Positions 48,364 to 60,092 of a DNA stretch of 64,000 nt are shown one piece after another (position 1 is the first letter of the stretch; each line of letters begins with the position of its first letter). Under the pieces are notes generated by a model. That model was not told where the DNA came from, did no database searches, and was given only the letters and a program-made list of their open reading frames with translations. Location of the stretch: contig CAVYTA010000007.1 in NCBI GenBank assembly GCA_963771355.1, positions 704,001 to 768,000 on the forward strand, written 5' to 3'. The translations under genes and the position numbers were made by a program. The stretch comes from an uncultured Candidatus Rokubacteria bacterium. Lineage in GTDB: Bacteria; Methylomirabilota; Methylomirabilia; Rokubacteriales; CSP1-6.

Positions 48364-49962
48364 ATGGATTTGATGCTGCTCCTCCTCCCTCTCGTTGCCA
48401 TCCTCGCGTTCCTCGTCGGGTACCTCGGGCAGAAGATCACCACCGTCCGCACCATCGGCGATGCCGAGTCGCGCGCCCGTCGCATCGTGGAGGACGCCAA
48501 GCGCCACGTGGACCAGGCCGCCCGCGACGCGGAGGCCAAGGCGCGAGAAGCCGAGGCCCGGATTCGCGCGTCCGAGCTCGAGGTCAAGGAGTCCGCCCTG
48601 CGTGGCCGGGCCGAGCTGGAGCAGGAAACCCGGTCCCGGCAGAAGGAGATCCAGGAGATCGAGCGCCGGGTGGCCCAGCAGGAAGAGCAGCTGGGCCGCC
48701 GGATGGACCTCCTCGACCGGCGGGATCATGATTTCCAGAATCGGGAGAAGAGCCTGGGGGACCGGGAGCGGCGCCTCACCGAGACGGAAGCCCGGCTGGC
48801 CAACGCGCTCGACGAGCACCGGCGCAAGCTCGAGTCCATCGCCGGCCTGACCGCGGAGGAGGCCCGGCGCCAGCTCATGGCCCAGGTGGAGGTCGAGATC
48901 CGACGCGAGGCCCAGCTCCTGGGCATGCGGCTCGAGGAGGAGGCGCGCGAGACCGCCCACGTCAAGGCCAAGGAGGTGCTCGCCACCACCATCCAGCGCC
49001 TCGCCCCCGAGTACACGGTGGAGACCGCGGTGTCCATCGTGGACCTCCCCTCCGACGACATGAAGGGGCGCATCATCGGACGCGAGGGCCGCAACATCCG
49101 GGCGCTGGAGCTCCACACCGGCGTGGACCTCATCGTGGACGATACCCCGGAAGCAGTCCTCATCTCCGCCTATGATCCCTACCGCCGCGAGATCGCGCGG
49201 CTGGCCCTCCAGAAGCTCGTCGCCGACGGCCGCATCCACCCGGCGCGCATCGAGGAAGTGGTGGAGAAGGTCAAGAAGGACATGGAGGAGCACCTCAAGG
49301 AGGAGGGCGAGAAGGCCTGCTTCGAGGTGGGCGTGCATGGTCTCCACCCCGAGCTGGTGAAGCTCGTCGGCCGGATGAAGTTCCGCACCTCCTACGGCCA
49401 GAATTGCCTCCAGCACTCCAAGGAAGTGGCGTGGCTGGCCGGGATGATGGCGGCCGAGATCGGCGCCGACGTCAAGCTCGCCAAGCGCATGGGGCTGCTC
49501 CACGACATCGGCAAGGCGCTGACCCACGAGCAGGAGGGGAGCCATCCCGAGCTGTCGCTCATGGTGCTGACCAAGTACAACGAGTCGCCCCAGGTCATCA
49601 ACGCGGCCCTGTGCGGCCACGAGAACGTGGAGCCGGAGACCATCGAAGCGACCTTGACCGAGGCCGCCGACGGCATCTCCGCGGCGCGCCCGGGCGCCCG
49701 CCGTGACGTGCTGGAGAGCTACATCAAGCGCCTGGCCAAGCTGGAAGAGATCGCCATGTCCTACAAGGGCGTGGAGATGTGCTACGCGATCCAGGCGGGG
49801 CGCGAGCTGCGCATCATGACCAAGTCCGAGCAGATCTCCGACCTCGACGCGCATCAGCTCGCCAAGGACATCTCCAAGCGCATCGAGGCCGAGATGCAGT
49901 ACCCCGGCCACATCAAGGTGGTGGTCATCCGCGAGACGCGCGCGGTGGAAGTGGCGAAGTAA
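48364..49962 (+). CDS. rny: Ribonuclease Y
   Basis: TM + coiled coil, KH domain [15 protein letters not shown] domain [16 protein letters not shown]. Confidence 0.97.
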   Translation: MDLMLLLLPLVAILAFLVGYLGQKITTVRTIGDAESRARRIVEDAKRHVDQAARDAEAKAREAEARIRASELEVKESALRGRAELEQETRSRQKEIQEIERRVAQQEEQLGRRMDLLDRRDHDFQNREKSLGDRERRLTETEARLANALDEHRRKLESIAGLTAEEARRQLMAQVEVEIRREAQLLGMRLEEEARETAHVKAKEVLATTIQRLAPEYTVETAVSIVDLPSDDMKGRIIGREGRNIRALELHTGVDLIVDDTPEAVLISAYDPYRREIARLALQKLVADGRIHPARIEEVVEKVKKDMEEHLKEEGEKACFEVGVHGLHPELVKLVGRMKFRTSYGQNCLQHSKEVAWLAGMMAAEIGADVKLAKRMGLLHDIGKALTHEQEGSHPELSLMVLTKYNESPQVINAALCGHENVEPETIEATLTEAADGISAARPGARRDVLESYIKRLAKLEEIAMSYKGVEMCYAIQAGRELRIMTKSEQISDLDAHQLAKDISKRIEAEMQYPGHIKVVVIRETRAVEVAK

Positions 49963-49965
49963 GCG

Positions 49966-50763
49966 GTGACGAAGCCTCTGACCGTTCTCTGCGTGGGGGA
50001 TGTCTTCGGCGATCCCGGTCGCCGCGCGGTGCACACCCTCCTGCCCAAGCTCCGCAAGCAGTACGAGGTGGATCTGGCGGTGGTGAACGTCGAGAACGCC
50101 GCCGCCGGCTACGGGGTGACGCCCGAGATCGCGCGCGCCTTCCTCTCCGACGGCGTGGACGTGATGACCTCCGGGAACCATACCTGGGACCGGAAGGAGA
50201 TCATCGAGTACATCGTGAAGGAGAACCTCCTCCTCCGTCCCGCCAACTATCCGCTGGGGACACCCGGCGCGGGCTCGGTGGTGGTGAAGGCGGGGCCGCA
50301 CAAGGTCGGAGTCCTGAACGTGATGGGCCGGGTATTCTTCCCCCAGCATCTGGACTGCCCCTTCCGCAAGGCCGACGAGGAAGTGGCGCGCCTGCGCCAG
50401 GACACGCCGATCATCGTGGTGGACGCCCACTGCGAGGCGACGTCGGAGTCGCAGGCGCTCGGGTGGTATCTCGACGGGCGGGTGAGCGCGGTGGTGGGCA
50501 CCCATCGCCACGTGCAGACCGCGGACGAGCGCGTGCTCACGCAGGGGACGGCCTACATCACGGATCTCGGCATGACCGGGCCGGTGGATTCGGTGATCGG
50601 CGTGGACCCGGAGCTGGCCATCGGCCGGTTCCTCACCCAGATGCCCAATCGCTTCGTGCCCGCCAAGGGGCCCGTCGCGCTGCACGGCGTGGTCATCCGC
50701 ATCGATCCGGAAACCGGCAAGGCCCTCGGGATCGAACGCCTCCGGGTCCCCGCTCCCGCCTAG
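49966..50763 (+). CDS. ymdB: YmdB/TIGR00282 metallophosphoesterase
   Basis: GDVFG, NVENAAAG, TSGNH, RPANYP, DLGMTGP. Confidence 0.9.
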   Translation: MTKPLTVLCVGDVFGDPGRRAVHTLLPKLRKQYEVDLAVVNVENAAAGYGVTPEIARAFLSDGVDVMTSGNHTWDRKEIIEYIVKENLLLRPANYPLGTPGAGSVVVKAGPHKVGVLNVMGRVFFPQHLDCPFRKADEEVARLRQDTPIIVVDAHCEATSESQALGWYLDGRVSAVVGTHRHVQTADERVLTQGTAYITDLGMTGPVDSVIGVDPELAIGRFLTQMPNRFVPAKGPVALHGVVIRIDPETGKALGIERLRVPAPA

Positions 50764-50775
50764 CCCCCGCCGCCC

Positions 50776-51627
50776 TTGATTCTCGACGGCAAGGCGGTCG
50801 CGGCGAAGGTCCTGGCCGAGGTCAAGGCCGGCGCCGCGGCCTACCGGGATCGAACTGGTGCGCCCCCCACCCTCGCGGTCGTCCTCGTGGGCGAGGATCC
50901 CGCCTCCGCGCTCTACGTCCGCAGCAAGAAGAAGGACGCGGAAGAGGTGGGCATCGCCTCGCGCGACTTCCTCTACCCCGGCGGGTGCTCCCAGTCGGAG
51001 CTGCTCGCGACGATCAAGTCGATCAACGCGGATCGCGGCATCCACGGCGTCCTCGTCCAGCTCCCCCTGCCCAAGGGGCTCAACGAGGACGAGATCATCG
51101 CCGCCATCGCCCCCGAGAAGGATGCCGACGGCCTCCACCCGATGAGCCTCGGCCATCTGCTCGCGGGCAAGCCGACCATGGTCCCGTGCACGCCCGCCGG
51201 CTGTCTCGAGATCCTCGACCACTACGGCATCCCGCTCGAGGGCGCGGAAGCGGTGGTGGTGGGCCGCTCGCGACTGGTGGGCAAGCCGCTCGTCCAGCTC
51301 CTCGTGGCCCGCCACGCCACCGTGACCACCTGCCACACGCGCACGCGGGATCTCGCCGCGCACTGCCGGCGCGCCGACATCCTCTGCGTGGCCGCCGGCC
51401 GAGCCCGCATGATCACCGGCGACATGGTGAAGGACGGGGTGGTGGTCATCGACGTGGGGACTAATCGGTTGGAGACGGGGAAGTTGGCGGGCGACGTGGA
51501 CTTTGCCTCCGTGAGCCCCAAGGCGCGCGCCATCACGCCCGTGCCGGGCGGGGTCGGCCCCATGACGCGTGCCATGCTCATGCGCAACACCCTCCGCGCC
51601 GCCCAGCGGCAGGCCGGCCTCGTATGA
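50776..51627 (+). CDS. folD: Bifunctional methylenetetrahydrofolate dehydrogenase/cyclohydrolase
   Basis: ILDGK, YVRSK, VQLPLP, KDADG, PCTPAG, TPVPGGVGPMT. Confidence 0.95.
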   Translation: MILDGKAVAAKVLAEVKAGAAAYRDRTGAPPTLAVVLVGEDPASALYVRSKKKDAEEVGIASRDFLYPGGCSQSELLATIKSINADRGIHGVLVQLPLPKGLNEDEIIAAIAPEKDADGLHPMSLGHLLAGKPTMVPCTPAGCLEILDHYGIPLEGAEAVVVGRSRLVGKPLVQLLVARHATVTTCHTRTRDLAAHCRRADILCVAAGRARMITGDMVKDGVVVIDVGTNRLETGKLAGDVDFASVSPKARAITPVPGGVGPMTRAMLMRNTLRAAQRQAGLV

Positions 51628-52982
51628 GCGAGCGGCCGGTGTGGTCGGTCTCCGAGCTGACGGCACGGATCAAGTCGCAGCTCGAGGTGGGATTTCCCAC
51701 CGTCTGGGTGGAGGGGGAGATCAGCAATCTCCGCACGCCCGGCTCGGGGCATGCCTATTTCACCCTGAAGGACGAGATGGCTCAGCTCCGCGCGGTGCTG
51801 TTCCGGGGCCGGGGCCGGCGGGTGCGCTTCGATCTGGAGGACGGCATGCAGGTGCTCGCCTTCGGCGGCCTCGACGTCTACGCCGCGCGAGGGGAGTACC
51901 AGTTGGTGGTGGAGCTGCTCGAGCCCAAGGGGCTGGGGGCGCTACAGGCCGCGTTCGAGCAGCTCAAGCGCCGGCTCGAGGCGGACGGCCTCTTCGATGG
52001 GGCCCGCAAGCGCCCGCTGCCCGCCTACCCGCGCACCATCGCCATCGTGACCTCTCCCACCGGCGCCGCCATCCGCGACATGCTCAACATCATCGGCCGG
52101 CGCTTCGGCGATCTGCGGGTGCTCATCCTCCCCGTGCGGGTGCAGGGAGACGAGGCGCCGCTGGAGATCGTGGCGGCGCTCACCGCCATCGGCGGGATGC
52201 CCGAGGTGGACGTCGTCATCGTGGGCCGCGGCGGCGGCTCCATCGAGGATCTGTGGGCCTTCAATGACGAGCGGGTGGCGCGCGCCATCTTCGCCTGCCC
52301 GTACCCGGTGATCTCCGCGGTGGGGCACGAGACGGACTTCACCATCGCCGACTTCGTGGCCGACCTCCGCGCGCCCACGCCGTCCGGCGCCGCCGAGCTG
52401 GTGGTGCGCGAGAAGCTCGAGGTGATCCGGGCGGTGACCGAGCTCTACGGGCGCCTGTGCCTCGGCATGGCCCGGCAGATGGACCAGCGGCGCGAGCGCG
52501 TCGGCGGGCTGGCGCGCCGCCGCGTGCTCACCGAGCCCGGCCGCGTGCTCCGAGAGTGGACGCGGCGGCTGGACGACGGGGCCGCGCGCCTGCATGCCGC
52601 CGTCCACCACCATCACCGGGCGCTGGGCCATCGCGCGGAGCTCGCCACAAACGCCTTGAGTTCCCAGCACCCGTTGGCTAGGATTTCCAACGGCACCGCG
52701 GTGCTCGCCCAGCTCCGCGGCCGGCTTGCCGCGTCTGCTTCCCATCGCGCCAAGGTCTCGCGGCATCGGTTCAGCGCCGCGGTGGGGCGTCTCCAGACGC
52801 TCTCACCGCTCGCGGTGCTGGGGCGCGGGTACAGCCTGACGCGTCTCCTGCCGTCGGGCACGGTGGTGCGGAGCGCGGCGCAGGTGCGCGTGGGCGACGC
52901 GATCGAGGTCCTGCTGGCGGAAGGCGCGCTGGGCGCGCGCGTGACGGACGTGAAGGAGCGAGATGACCGACATCAAGTTTGA
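51624..52982 (+). CDS. xseA: Exodeoxyribonuclease VII large subunit
   Basis: VEGEISN, SGHAYFTLKD, RGGGSIEDLWAFN, GHETD, APTPS. Confidence 0.95.
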   Translation: MSERPVWSVSELTARIKSQLEVGFPTVWVEGEISNLRTPGSGHAYFTLKDEMAQLRAVLFRGRGRRVRFDLEDGMQVLAFGGLDVYAARGEYQLVVELLEPKGLGALQAAFEQLKRRLEADGLFDGARKRPLPAYPRTIAIVTSPTGAAIRDMLNIIGRRFGDLRVLILPVRVQGDEAPLEIVAALTAIGGMPEVDVVIVGRGGGSIEDLWAFNDERVARAIFACPYPVISAVGHETDFTIADFVADLRAPTPSGAAELVVREKLEVIRAVTELYGRLCLGMARQMDQRRERVGGLARRRVLTEPGRVLREWTRRLDDGAARLHAAVHHHHRALGHRAELATNALSSQHPLARISNGTAVLAQLRGRLAASASHRAKVSRHRFSAAVGRLQTLSPLAVLGRGYSLTRLLPSGTVVRSAAQVRVGDAIEVLLAEGALGARVTDVKERDDRHQV

Positions 52983-53202
52983 GGACGCGCTGGCGCGGCT
53001 CGAGCAGATCGTGGACACGCTCGAAGCCGGCAACCTGCCCCTCGAGGAGTCGCTGAAGGCCTTCGAGGAAGGGGTGGGGCTCGCCCGCCGCTGCTCGAAG
53101 TACCTCGAGGAAGCGGAGAAGCGCATCGAGCTCCTCACCAAGGACGAGGGCGGGCTGCTCCGCGCGGAGCCCTTCACGTGGGACGAGGACAAACAGGGGT
53201 GA
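52963..53202 (+). CDS. xseB: Exodeoxyribonuclease VII small subunit
   Basis: FEDALARLEQIV..LE.G.LPLEESL..FEEG. Confidence 0.95.
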   Translation: MTDIKFEDALARLEQIVDTLEAGNLPLEESLKAFEEGVGLARRCSKYLEEAEKRIELLTKDEGGLLRAEPFTWDEDKQG

Positions 53203-54092
53203 GCTTCGATTTCGAGGCCTACATGAAGGACCGGGCGCGCGCGGTGGACGCGGCGCTCGAGCGCGTCCTGCCCCCCGAGAGCCGCGCGCCCGCCACCCTT
53301 CACCGCGCCATGCGCTACAGCATCTTCGCGGGGGGGAAGCGGCTGCGCCCGGTGCTGGTGATCGCGGGGGCGGAGGCGGTGGGCGGCCGGATGGAGCCGG
53401 TGCTGCCGGCGGCCTGCGCGCTGGAGATGATCCACACCTATTCGCTCATCCACGACGACCTGCCCGCGATGGACAACGACGACTATCGCCGCGGCCGCCC
53501 CACCAGCCACAAGGTGTTCGGCGAGGCCATGGCCATCCTGGCCGGTGACGGCCTGCTCACGCACGCCTTCCGCCTGCTCGCCGACTGCTGGCAGCCGGGC
53601 ATGGACGGCGCCGTCCTCCGCGACGTGGTGGTGGATCTGGCCGACGCCGCGGGCACCGATGGCATGGTGGCGGGGCAGGTGGCCGATCTGGAGGCGGAGG
53701 GGCAACGGGTCGGCGCCGACATGCTGGACTACATCCACCTGCACAAGACGGCGGCGCTGATCCGCGCGTCCATCACGGTGGGGGCCCGGCTGTCCGGCGC
53801 CGGCGGCGAGGCCCTCCGCGCGCTGGCGGTGGCGGGTCAGGCGCTGGGGCTCGCCTTTCAGATCGTGGACGACATGCTCGACGTCACCGCCACCAGCGCC
53901 CAGCTCGGCAAGACCGCCGGCAAGGATCAGGCGCAGCAGAAGGCCACCTATCCGGCCGTCCACGGGCTACCCGCCTCACGAGCCCGCGCCGAGGCGCTCA
54001 CCGGCGAGGCGCTCGACGCGCTGGCGCCGCTGGGCCTGCCCGCCGAACCCCTCCGTGCGCTCGCGCGCTTCATCCTCGAGAGAAAGGCCTAG
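53199..54092 (+). CDS. ispA: Polyprenyl (farnesyl/geranylgeranyl) diphosphate synthase
   Basis: GGKRLRP, LIHDDLPAMDNDDYRRG, FQIVDD, GKTAGKD. Confidence 0.9.
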   Translation: MSFDFEAYMKDRARAVDAALERVLPPESRAPATLHRAMRYSIFAGGKRLRPVLVIAGAEAVGGRMEPVLPAACALEMIHTYSLIHDDLPAMDNDDYRRGRPTSHKVFGEAMAILAGDGLLTHAFRLLADCWQPGMDGAVLRDVVVDLADAAGTDGMVAGQVADLEAEGQRVGADMLDYIHLHKTAALIRASITVGARLSGAGGEALRALAVAGQALGLAFQIVDDMLDVTATSAQLGKTAGKDQAQQKATYPAVHGLPASRARAEALTGEALDALAPLGLPAEPLRALARFILERKA

Positions 54093-55660
<1,568 letters not shown>

Positions 55661-55669
55661 CCCCGCGCC

Positions 55670-57190
55670 ATGGAGTATCTCGTCCCTGCCTTCTTCCTGA
55701 TCGCGCTGGCCATCAATGCCCGCGCCGTCTTCAAGCTGTCCCTGGACTGGAAGGGCATGCGGACCACCGTCCGCTTCGTCCGCGAGGCGTATGCCCGCCT
55801 CGCTTCCCTCCCCACCGAGGAGGTCCTGGAGCGGAACCCCGCCACGCCGGTCTTCCTGCACCTGGTGCCCGCCTACCAGGAGCCGGACATCGCGGGCACC
55901 GTCACCGCGCTCGTCTCCTCGCGCTACCCGCACGGGCATCTCCACGTGGTGGTGGTCACCAAGGAGGAGGAGGAGCGCGCCCCGCATCCCCTCATGGGGA
56001 GCAGCACGGGGGAGCTGGTGCGCCGGCTGCGCGAGACCCTGCCGCCCTATCAGCAGAAGCGGCTCACGCACGTGACCATGCCGGTGCCCGGGCGCAAGGC
56101 GCAACAGCTCAACTGGGCGCTACGCCCGGAATTCCTGCGCGAAGTCCTCGGCGACACCTATGACCCCGCCGGCGTGTTCGTGGGGGTGAGCGACGCCGAC
56201 TCGGTGCCGGATCCCGACACCTACCGCTGGATCGCCGGGCGGGAGCTCGCGGGGCAGGGGGCGCTCGCCTACCAGGGCATCCCGCTCTCCCTCGCCAACC
56301 ATGCCCGGCTCGACATCCGCGGCCGGATCTGCGCCATCCAGCAGTCCTCCATCTTCATCCGTGTCTCCATCGCCCGGCTCATCAACGAGGTGAAGCGCGT
56401 GCGGCTCTTCGCCGTCTTCGCCGCGCGGTGGCCCCGGCTCGGGGCGGCGCTGCGGCCCGCCTTCGAGCTCTTCTTCCGGCGCGCGCAGATCTGCCTCGGC
56501 CACAATCAGTTCGTCCGCCTGGACACACTCCAGGCGCTGGGGGGCTTTCCCACCTCGGGCGCCACCGAGGATTCCACCCTCGGCTATGCGCTGGGCGCGC
56601 GCGGCATCCTCATCGAGGCCATGCCCATGGTGGAGCTGACCGATCTGCCGGAGACCTCCGAGAAGGTGATCCGCCAGAACGCGCGCTGGTATCTGGGGGT
56701 GCTGGACGATATCGCCTTCCTGCGCGAGCGCTGGCGCGAGCGGAAGAGCGCCTTCAACTTCGCCCAGCTCACGCGTCACCTCGGCAACAAGGTCATCGAG
56801 TGGCCCCTCGCGGCGCTGGTGTATCCCTTCACCGGCTGGCTGGGCTGGTACCTCGCCTATCAGTACCGCGCCGAGCATCCCGTGTTCTTCTACTTCGGTA
56901 TCGGCGCGCCCACCGTATCCCTGGCCCTCACGGTGTGGGTGGGCGGCATCGTCACGCAGAATTCCATCGAGGCGCTGCGCCCGTATCTGCCGCACGCGGT
57001 GGATCTTCAGCGCAAGAGCTGGAAGGAGAAGTTCCTCGGCACCTTCCGCTGCCAGACCTACTGGCTGCTCGCCACGCGCGCGGCCTGGCGCGTGCTCTGG
57101 AGCCTATGGCGCACGGGAGTCTACGAGGCGGCGAAGACCGATCGGGTGATCGCGCGCCGGACGACCGGCCACCTAAAGCGCTCCGTGTAG
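55670..57190 (+). CDS. Membrane glycosyltransferase family 2
   Basis: VPAYQE, KAQQLN, DADS, TEDSTLG, QNARW (QxxRW), TM helices. Confidence 0.85.
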   Translation: MEYLVPAFFLIALAINARAVFKLSLDWKGMRTTVRFVREAYARLASLPTEEVLERNPATPVFLHLVPAYQEPDIAGTVTALVSSRYPHGHLHVVVVTKEEEERAPHPLMGSSTGELVRRLRETLPPYQQKRLTHVTMPVPGRKAQQLNWALRPEFLREVLGDTYDPAGVFVGVSDADSVPDPDTYRWIAGRELAGQGALAYQGIPLSLANHARLDIRGRICAIQQSSIFIRVSIARLINEVKRVRLFAVFAARWPRLGAALRPAFELFFRRAQICLGHNQFVRLDTLQALGGFPTSGATEDSTLGYALGARGILIEAMPMVELTDLPETSEKVIRQNARWYLGVLDDIAFLRERWRERKSAFNFAQLTRHLGNKVIEWPLAALVYPFTGWLGWYLAYQYRAEHPVFFYFGIGAPTVSLALTVWVGGIVTQNSIEALRPYLPHAVDLQRKSWKEKFLGTFRCQTYWLLATRAAWRVLWSLWRTGVYEAAKTDRVIARRTTGHLKRSV

Positions 57191-57194
57191 TTTT

Positions 57195-57217
57195 TACCGG
57201 CCCCGCGGGGGCCGGTA
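57195..57217. terminator. Hairpin after the GT2 gene
   Basis: TACCGGCCC/GGGCCGGTA inverted repeat. Confidence 0.45.
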
Positions 57218-57337
57218 GGCATTAAGGGTCCTCGCGCCCCCTAGATTCTCCTCCTGTAAGTAGCCGTTCCGAGGCGGTTCTCCGGTTCGACCTTGGGCAT
57301 GGCCCATGCACCTCTCCGGGAGAGAGGAGGGATGACC

Positions 57338-57817
57338 ATGCGCATCCGAGTGCTACTCAGTCTCGTCGGGATCGGGAGCGCGCTCGTCATGACCCCGGGC
57401 GTCATGGCCCAGCCGCTGGAGACCACGACGCCGCCCGCGAAGCGCGAGCCGCCGCCGCCCGCCATCCCGGACCGCGATCTCCGTCCCACGCCGCCACCCG
57501 TGCCCCATACCCCGGGCTTCCTGAATCCGCTCACCCGGAATACCAGGAACGGCCGCGTCGGCATCGCAGGCTGGACAGCGCCCAATCCGCCGGTGGGGGC
57601 TCGCGGCGCCGCCGATCCCGAGAGCTCGGGCGTGTTCGGCTTCGGGCTCGCCGCGGAGTGGGGGCGCTCCATCCCGCCGCGCGACGTGACCCCGCCCGAC
57701 GCCGGCTCGCGAGCCGGGAGCCCGCAGGCGAGCCGCCCACCGGATCGCGTCGCGCACGAGCGCGACGGCGGGGGCATGGACGGCGGAGGGGTTGACGACA
57801 GGACCAGCGTCCGGTAG
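57338..57817 (+). CDS. Secreted Pro-rich hypothetical protein
   Basis: GAGGAGG RBS, signal peptide, ..VFGFGLAAEWG. Confidence 0.6.
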   Translation: MRIRVLLSLVGIGSALVMTPGVMAQPLETTTPPAKREPPPPAIPDRDLRPTPPPVPHTPGFLNPLTRNTRNGRVGIAGWTAPNPPVGARGAADPESSGVFGFGLAAEWGRSIPPRDVTPPDAGSRAGSPQASRPPDRVAHERDGGGMDGGGVDDRTSVR

Positions 57818-57832
57818 AGTGTGATTCGTCAC

Positions 57833-57909
<77 letters not shown>

Positions 57910-57917
57910 ACAAACAC

Positions 57918-57950
57918 AAGGGGTTCGGCGCTCTCGCCGAGCCCCTTTTG
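57918..57950 (+). terminator. Terminator hairpin after tRNA-fMet
   Basis: AAGGGGTTCGGCG/CGCCGAGCCCCTT then TT. Confidence 0.7.
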
Positions 57951-57954
57951 TGTC

Positions 57955-58458
57955 TCAGTTGGCCGACTTGTCCCGAAACTTGTCCCTTCGCGGGGCGACC
58001 ATGGCGCTGAGCGCCGGGTTCACGGCGCCGATCGTTGATGGCGGCCCTTGGCATGGAAGACGGAACGGACGATGCGGAGGTATGCGGCAGTGACGGATCA
58101 GACTCTCCGGGCGGCGGCGGAGCGTCAGGCACGCGCGCCCGAGCCGCCGACCCTCGGCCAAAGTCGAGACGCGAAACTCGCGGAGGACGTGCGCCCGGTC
58201 GGCGTTGGCGGCGGCGAAGAGTGTGTGGGGATCGGCCTCGGAGAGGGCCTCGCCCGAGTCGAAGCCGTGCATGAGGGCGAACGCGCCAAGCCGGAGGGTG
58301 AACCCATCGTCCAGGGCCCGCACCCGTCCGGCCCAGTCGTCGAAGCAGCGAGTTACTTCAGGCTGGTGAAGCATCCAATCGACGACGTCTCCATGCAGCC
58401 CCGAGCGGTCAGTGTCGAAGAAGAGGTCGGCGGGCTGGGGTGTCGCCTCGTCCTCCAT
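57955..58458 (-). CDS. Hypothetical protein (3' end uncertain, overlaps integrase remnant)
   Basis: TGATG-coupled to the upstream gene; first ~110 aa look protein-like. Confidence 0.4.
   Translation of the reverse strand: MEDEATPQPADLFFDTDRSGLHGDVVDWMLHQPEVTRCFDDWAGRVRALDDGFTLRLGAFALMHGFDSGEALSEADPHTLFAAANADRAHVLREFRVSTLAEGRRLGRACLTLRRRPESLIRHCRIPPHRPFRLPCQGPPSTIGAVNPALSAMVAPRRDKFRDKSAN
57992..58125 (+). pseudogene. Tyrosine recombinase/integrase C-terminal remnant
   Basis: GATMALSAGFTAPIV..WKTERTMRRYAAVTDQTLRAAAE across frameshifts (box II with catalytic Tyr). Confidence 0.65.
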
Positions 58459-58772
58459 CACCGTTTCCCCCCGCGCGTCGCGCCCGGCGCGATCTGCCCC
58501 GAACCCGTCCGATTCCCCTTGGTGTCGTAGAGGTCGATCCGCCCGCCCTTGTCGATGGTCCCGTAGCCCGTCCGGTTGCTGGACTTGTCGTAGAAATCCA
58601 CGCGCTCGCCCTTTTTGTCGATGATGGCGGAGCCCGTCCTGTTGCTGGATTTGTCGAAGAGGTCAACGCGGGTCTCGGCGGGGCGCTCGTCGGCGAGGGC
58701 GGGGGCGGCGAGCGCAACGAGACCGAGCATCAGGCTCCCGGCGAGCGCGAGTCCCTGCCGTCCGTCAGTCAT
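58458..58772 (-). CDS. Secreted protein with three RVDxxDKxxNRTG repeats
   Basis: AGGAGG RBS, signal peptide ..APALA, 3 x ~22-aa repeat. Confidence 0.75.
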   Translation of the reverse strand: MTDGRQGLALAGSLMLGLVALAAPALADERPAETRVDLFDKSSNRTGSAIIDKKGERVDFYDKSSNRTGYGTIDKGGRIDLYDTKGNRTGSGQIAPGATRGGKR

Positions 58773-59026
58773 CTTGTGCCCTCCTGAGAGCATTATAGTC
58801 CCCGGCCAGCGTGGCCCGGCAGACGCGCCGGGCGTGATCAGATGGTCTCAAGGATCCTGCGCCCGAGCTTGCGATCTCTACCGGACGATGGAACCCTTGA
58901 CACAGGGTATATGTTCGTCGTGCTGAGGCGACCTTTGGAGGCCCGCGGTTTGGCTCACAGCTTTGGCTCACAGCTTAGATGGTATTGGGGGGCCCGACTC
59001 ATTCGGGGCGGTAGCGGAGCGGCAGC

Positions 59027-59767
59027 ATGCGCATGATGGCTATCTTGCTCTCCACGCTCTTCTTGCTCGCTGTCACGCATGCCGGCCCCCCCGCCGCACA
59101 GGACCGGCATTCGGCGCAGCGCGCGCGCATGGTGGCAGAAATCGCCGCAATGGCGCGCGAGACCGGCAGCGCTACCGGACGGCCGAGTTTCAGCCAGGCG
59201 GTGATGACAGTAATGGGAAGAGTCCCGCGCCATCGGTTCGTGCCTCCGCTCCAGCAGACTTTCGCTTACGAGAACCGAGCGCTCCCCATCGCTGAAGGGC
59301 AGACGATCTCGCAACCTTTCCTTGTCGCGCTGATGACGGACCTGCTTGATCCGAAGCCAAGCGACACCGTGCTGGAAGTCGGCACCGGCTCGGGCTATCA
59401 GGCCGCGGTCCTCGCGGAACTTGTGGCGAAGGTCTACACCATCGAGATCGTCGAGCCGCTCGGCAGGCGAGCGATGCAGCTCCTCGATGAGCTCGGCTAT
59501 CGTAATGTCGAGGTGCGCATCGGCGACGGCTACAATGGCTGGCCCGAAGCGGCGCCTTTCGATTCAATCGTTGTCACAGCGGCTCCGGCGGAGATCCCGA
59601 CCCCACTGATCGACCAGCTCAAGCGCGGCGGGCGAATGGTGATCCCGGGCGGAGCCTCTGACATGCAGTATCTTCTGCTCGTGGAAAAACGGCCGGATGG
59701 CACTACCACAACGAGGCGTACGCTCCCGGTGAGGTTCGTGCCCTTCACGAGAGATCGTGCGAAATAG
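59027..59767 (+). CDS. pcm: Protein-L-isoaspartate O-methyltransferase with N-terminal signal-like segment
   Basis: VPRHRFVP, GQTISQP, VLEVGTGSGYQAA, GDGYNGWPEAAPFD, VRFVP. Confidence 0.95.
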   Translation: MRMMAILLSTLFLLAVTHAGPPAAQDRHSAQRARMVAEIAAMARETGSATGRPSFSQAVMTVMGRVPRHRFVPPLQQTFAYENRALPIAEGQTISQPFLVALMTDLLDPKPSDTVLEVGTGSGYQAAVLAELVAKVYTIEIVEPLGRRAMQLLDELGYRNVEVRIGDGYNGWPEAAPFDSIVVTAAPAEIPTPLIDQLKRGGRMVIPGGASDMQYLLLVEKRPDGTTTTRRTLPVRFVPFTRDRAK

Positions 59768-60092
59768 GGCCTTAAAGCCGATGACCTGCCCCCGGAGTTC
59801 GGTCACTCCCGTTGAGAGTCCGGCTGGCCCGACCCAGTCTAGAGTGCACCGCCAGATGTACCCACGGTGGTGAAGTGTAGCGGCTAGCTTCGAACCGTAC
59901 GGGGATAGCCAGCTGAGTTGCATCTGGCAGGGGTTGGGCATCTCCCGTCCTCTGCCTGCGGGACGCGGATCCCATCGGTGGGCGGTTCGACCCGGCGCCG
60001 ACCACTGCTTCCAAGGGCGTGGGCATCTCGCCGGTGGTCCTGCTACTAACGAGAATGCCCACCACGCCTTGCTCGTTCCTCGCCATGCGAGT

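Noticed and set aside
48316..51666. 1116-aa minus-strand ORF and similar long ORFs (40884-43796, 44752-47268, 28081-29838, 373-1575, 19442-21271)
   Set aside because: Antisense shadows of real genes, caused by high-GC codon bias; no motifs
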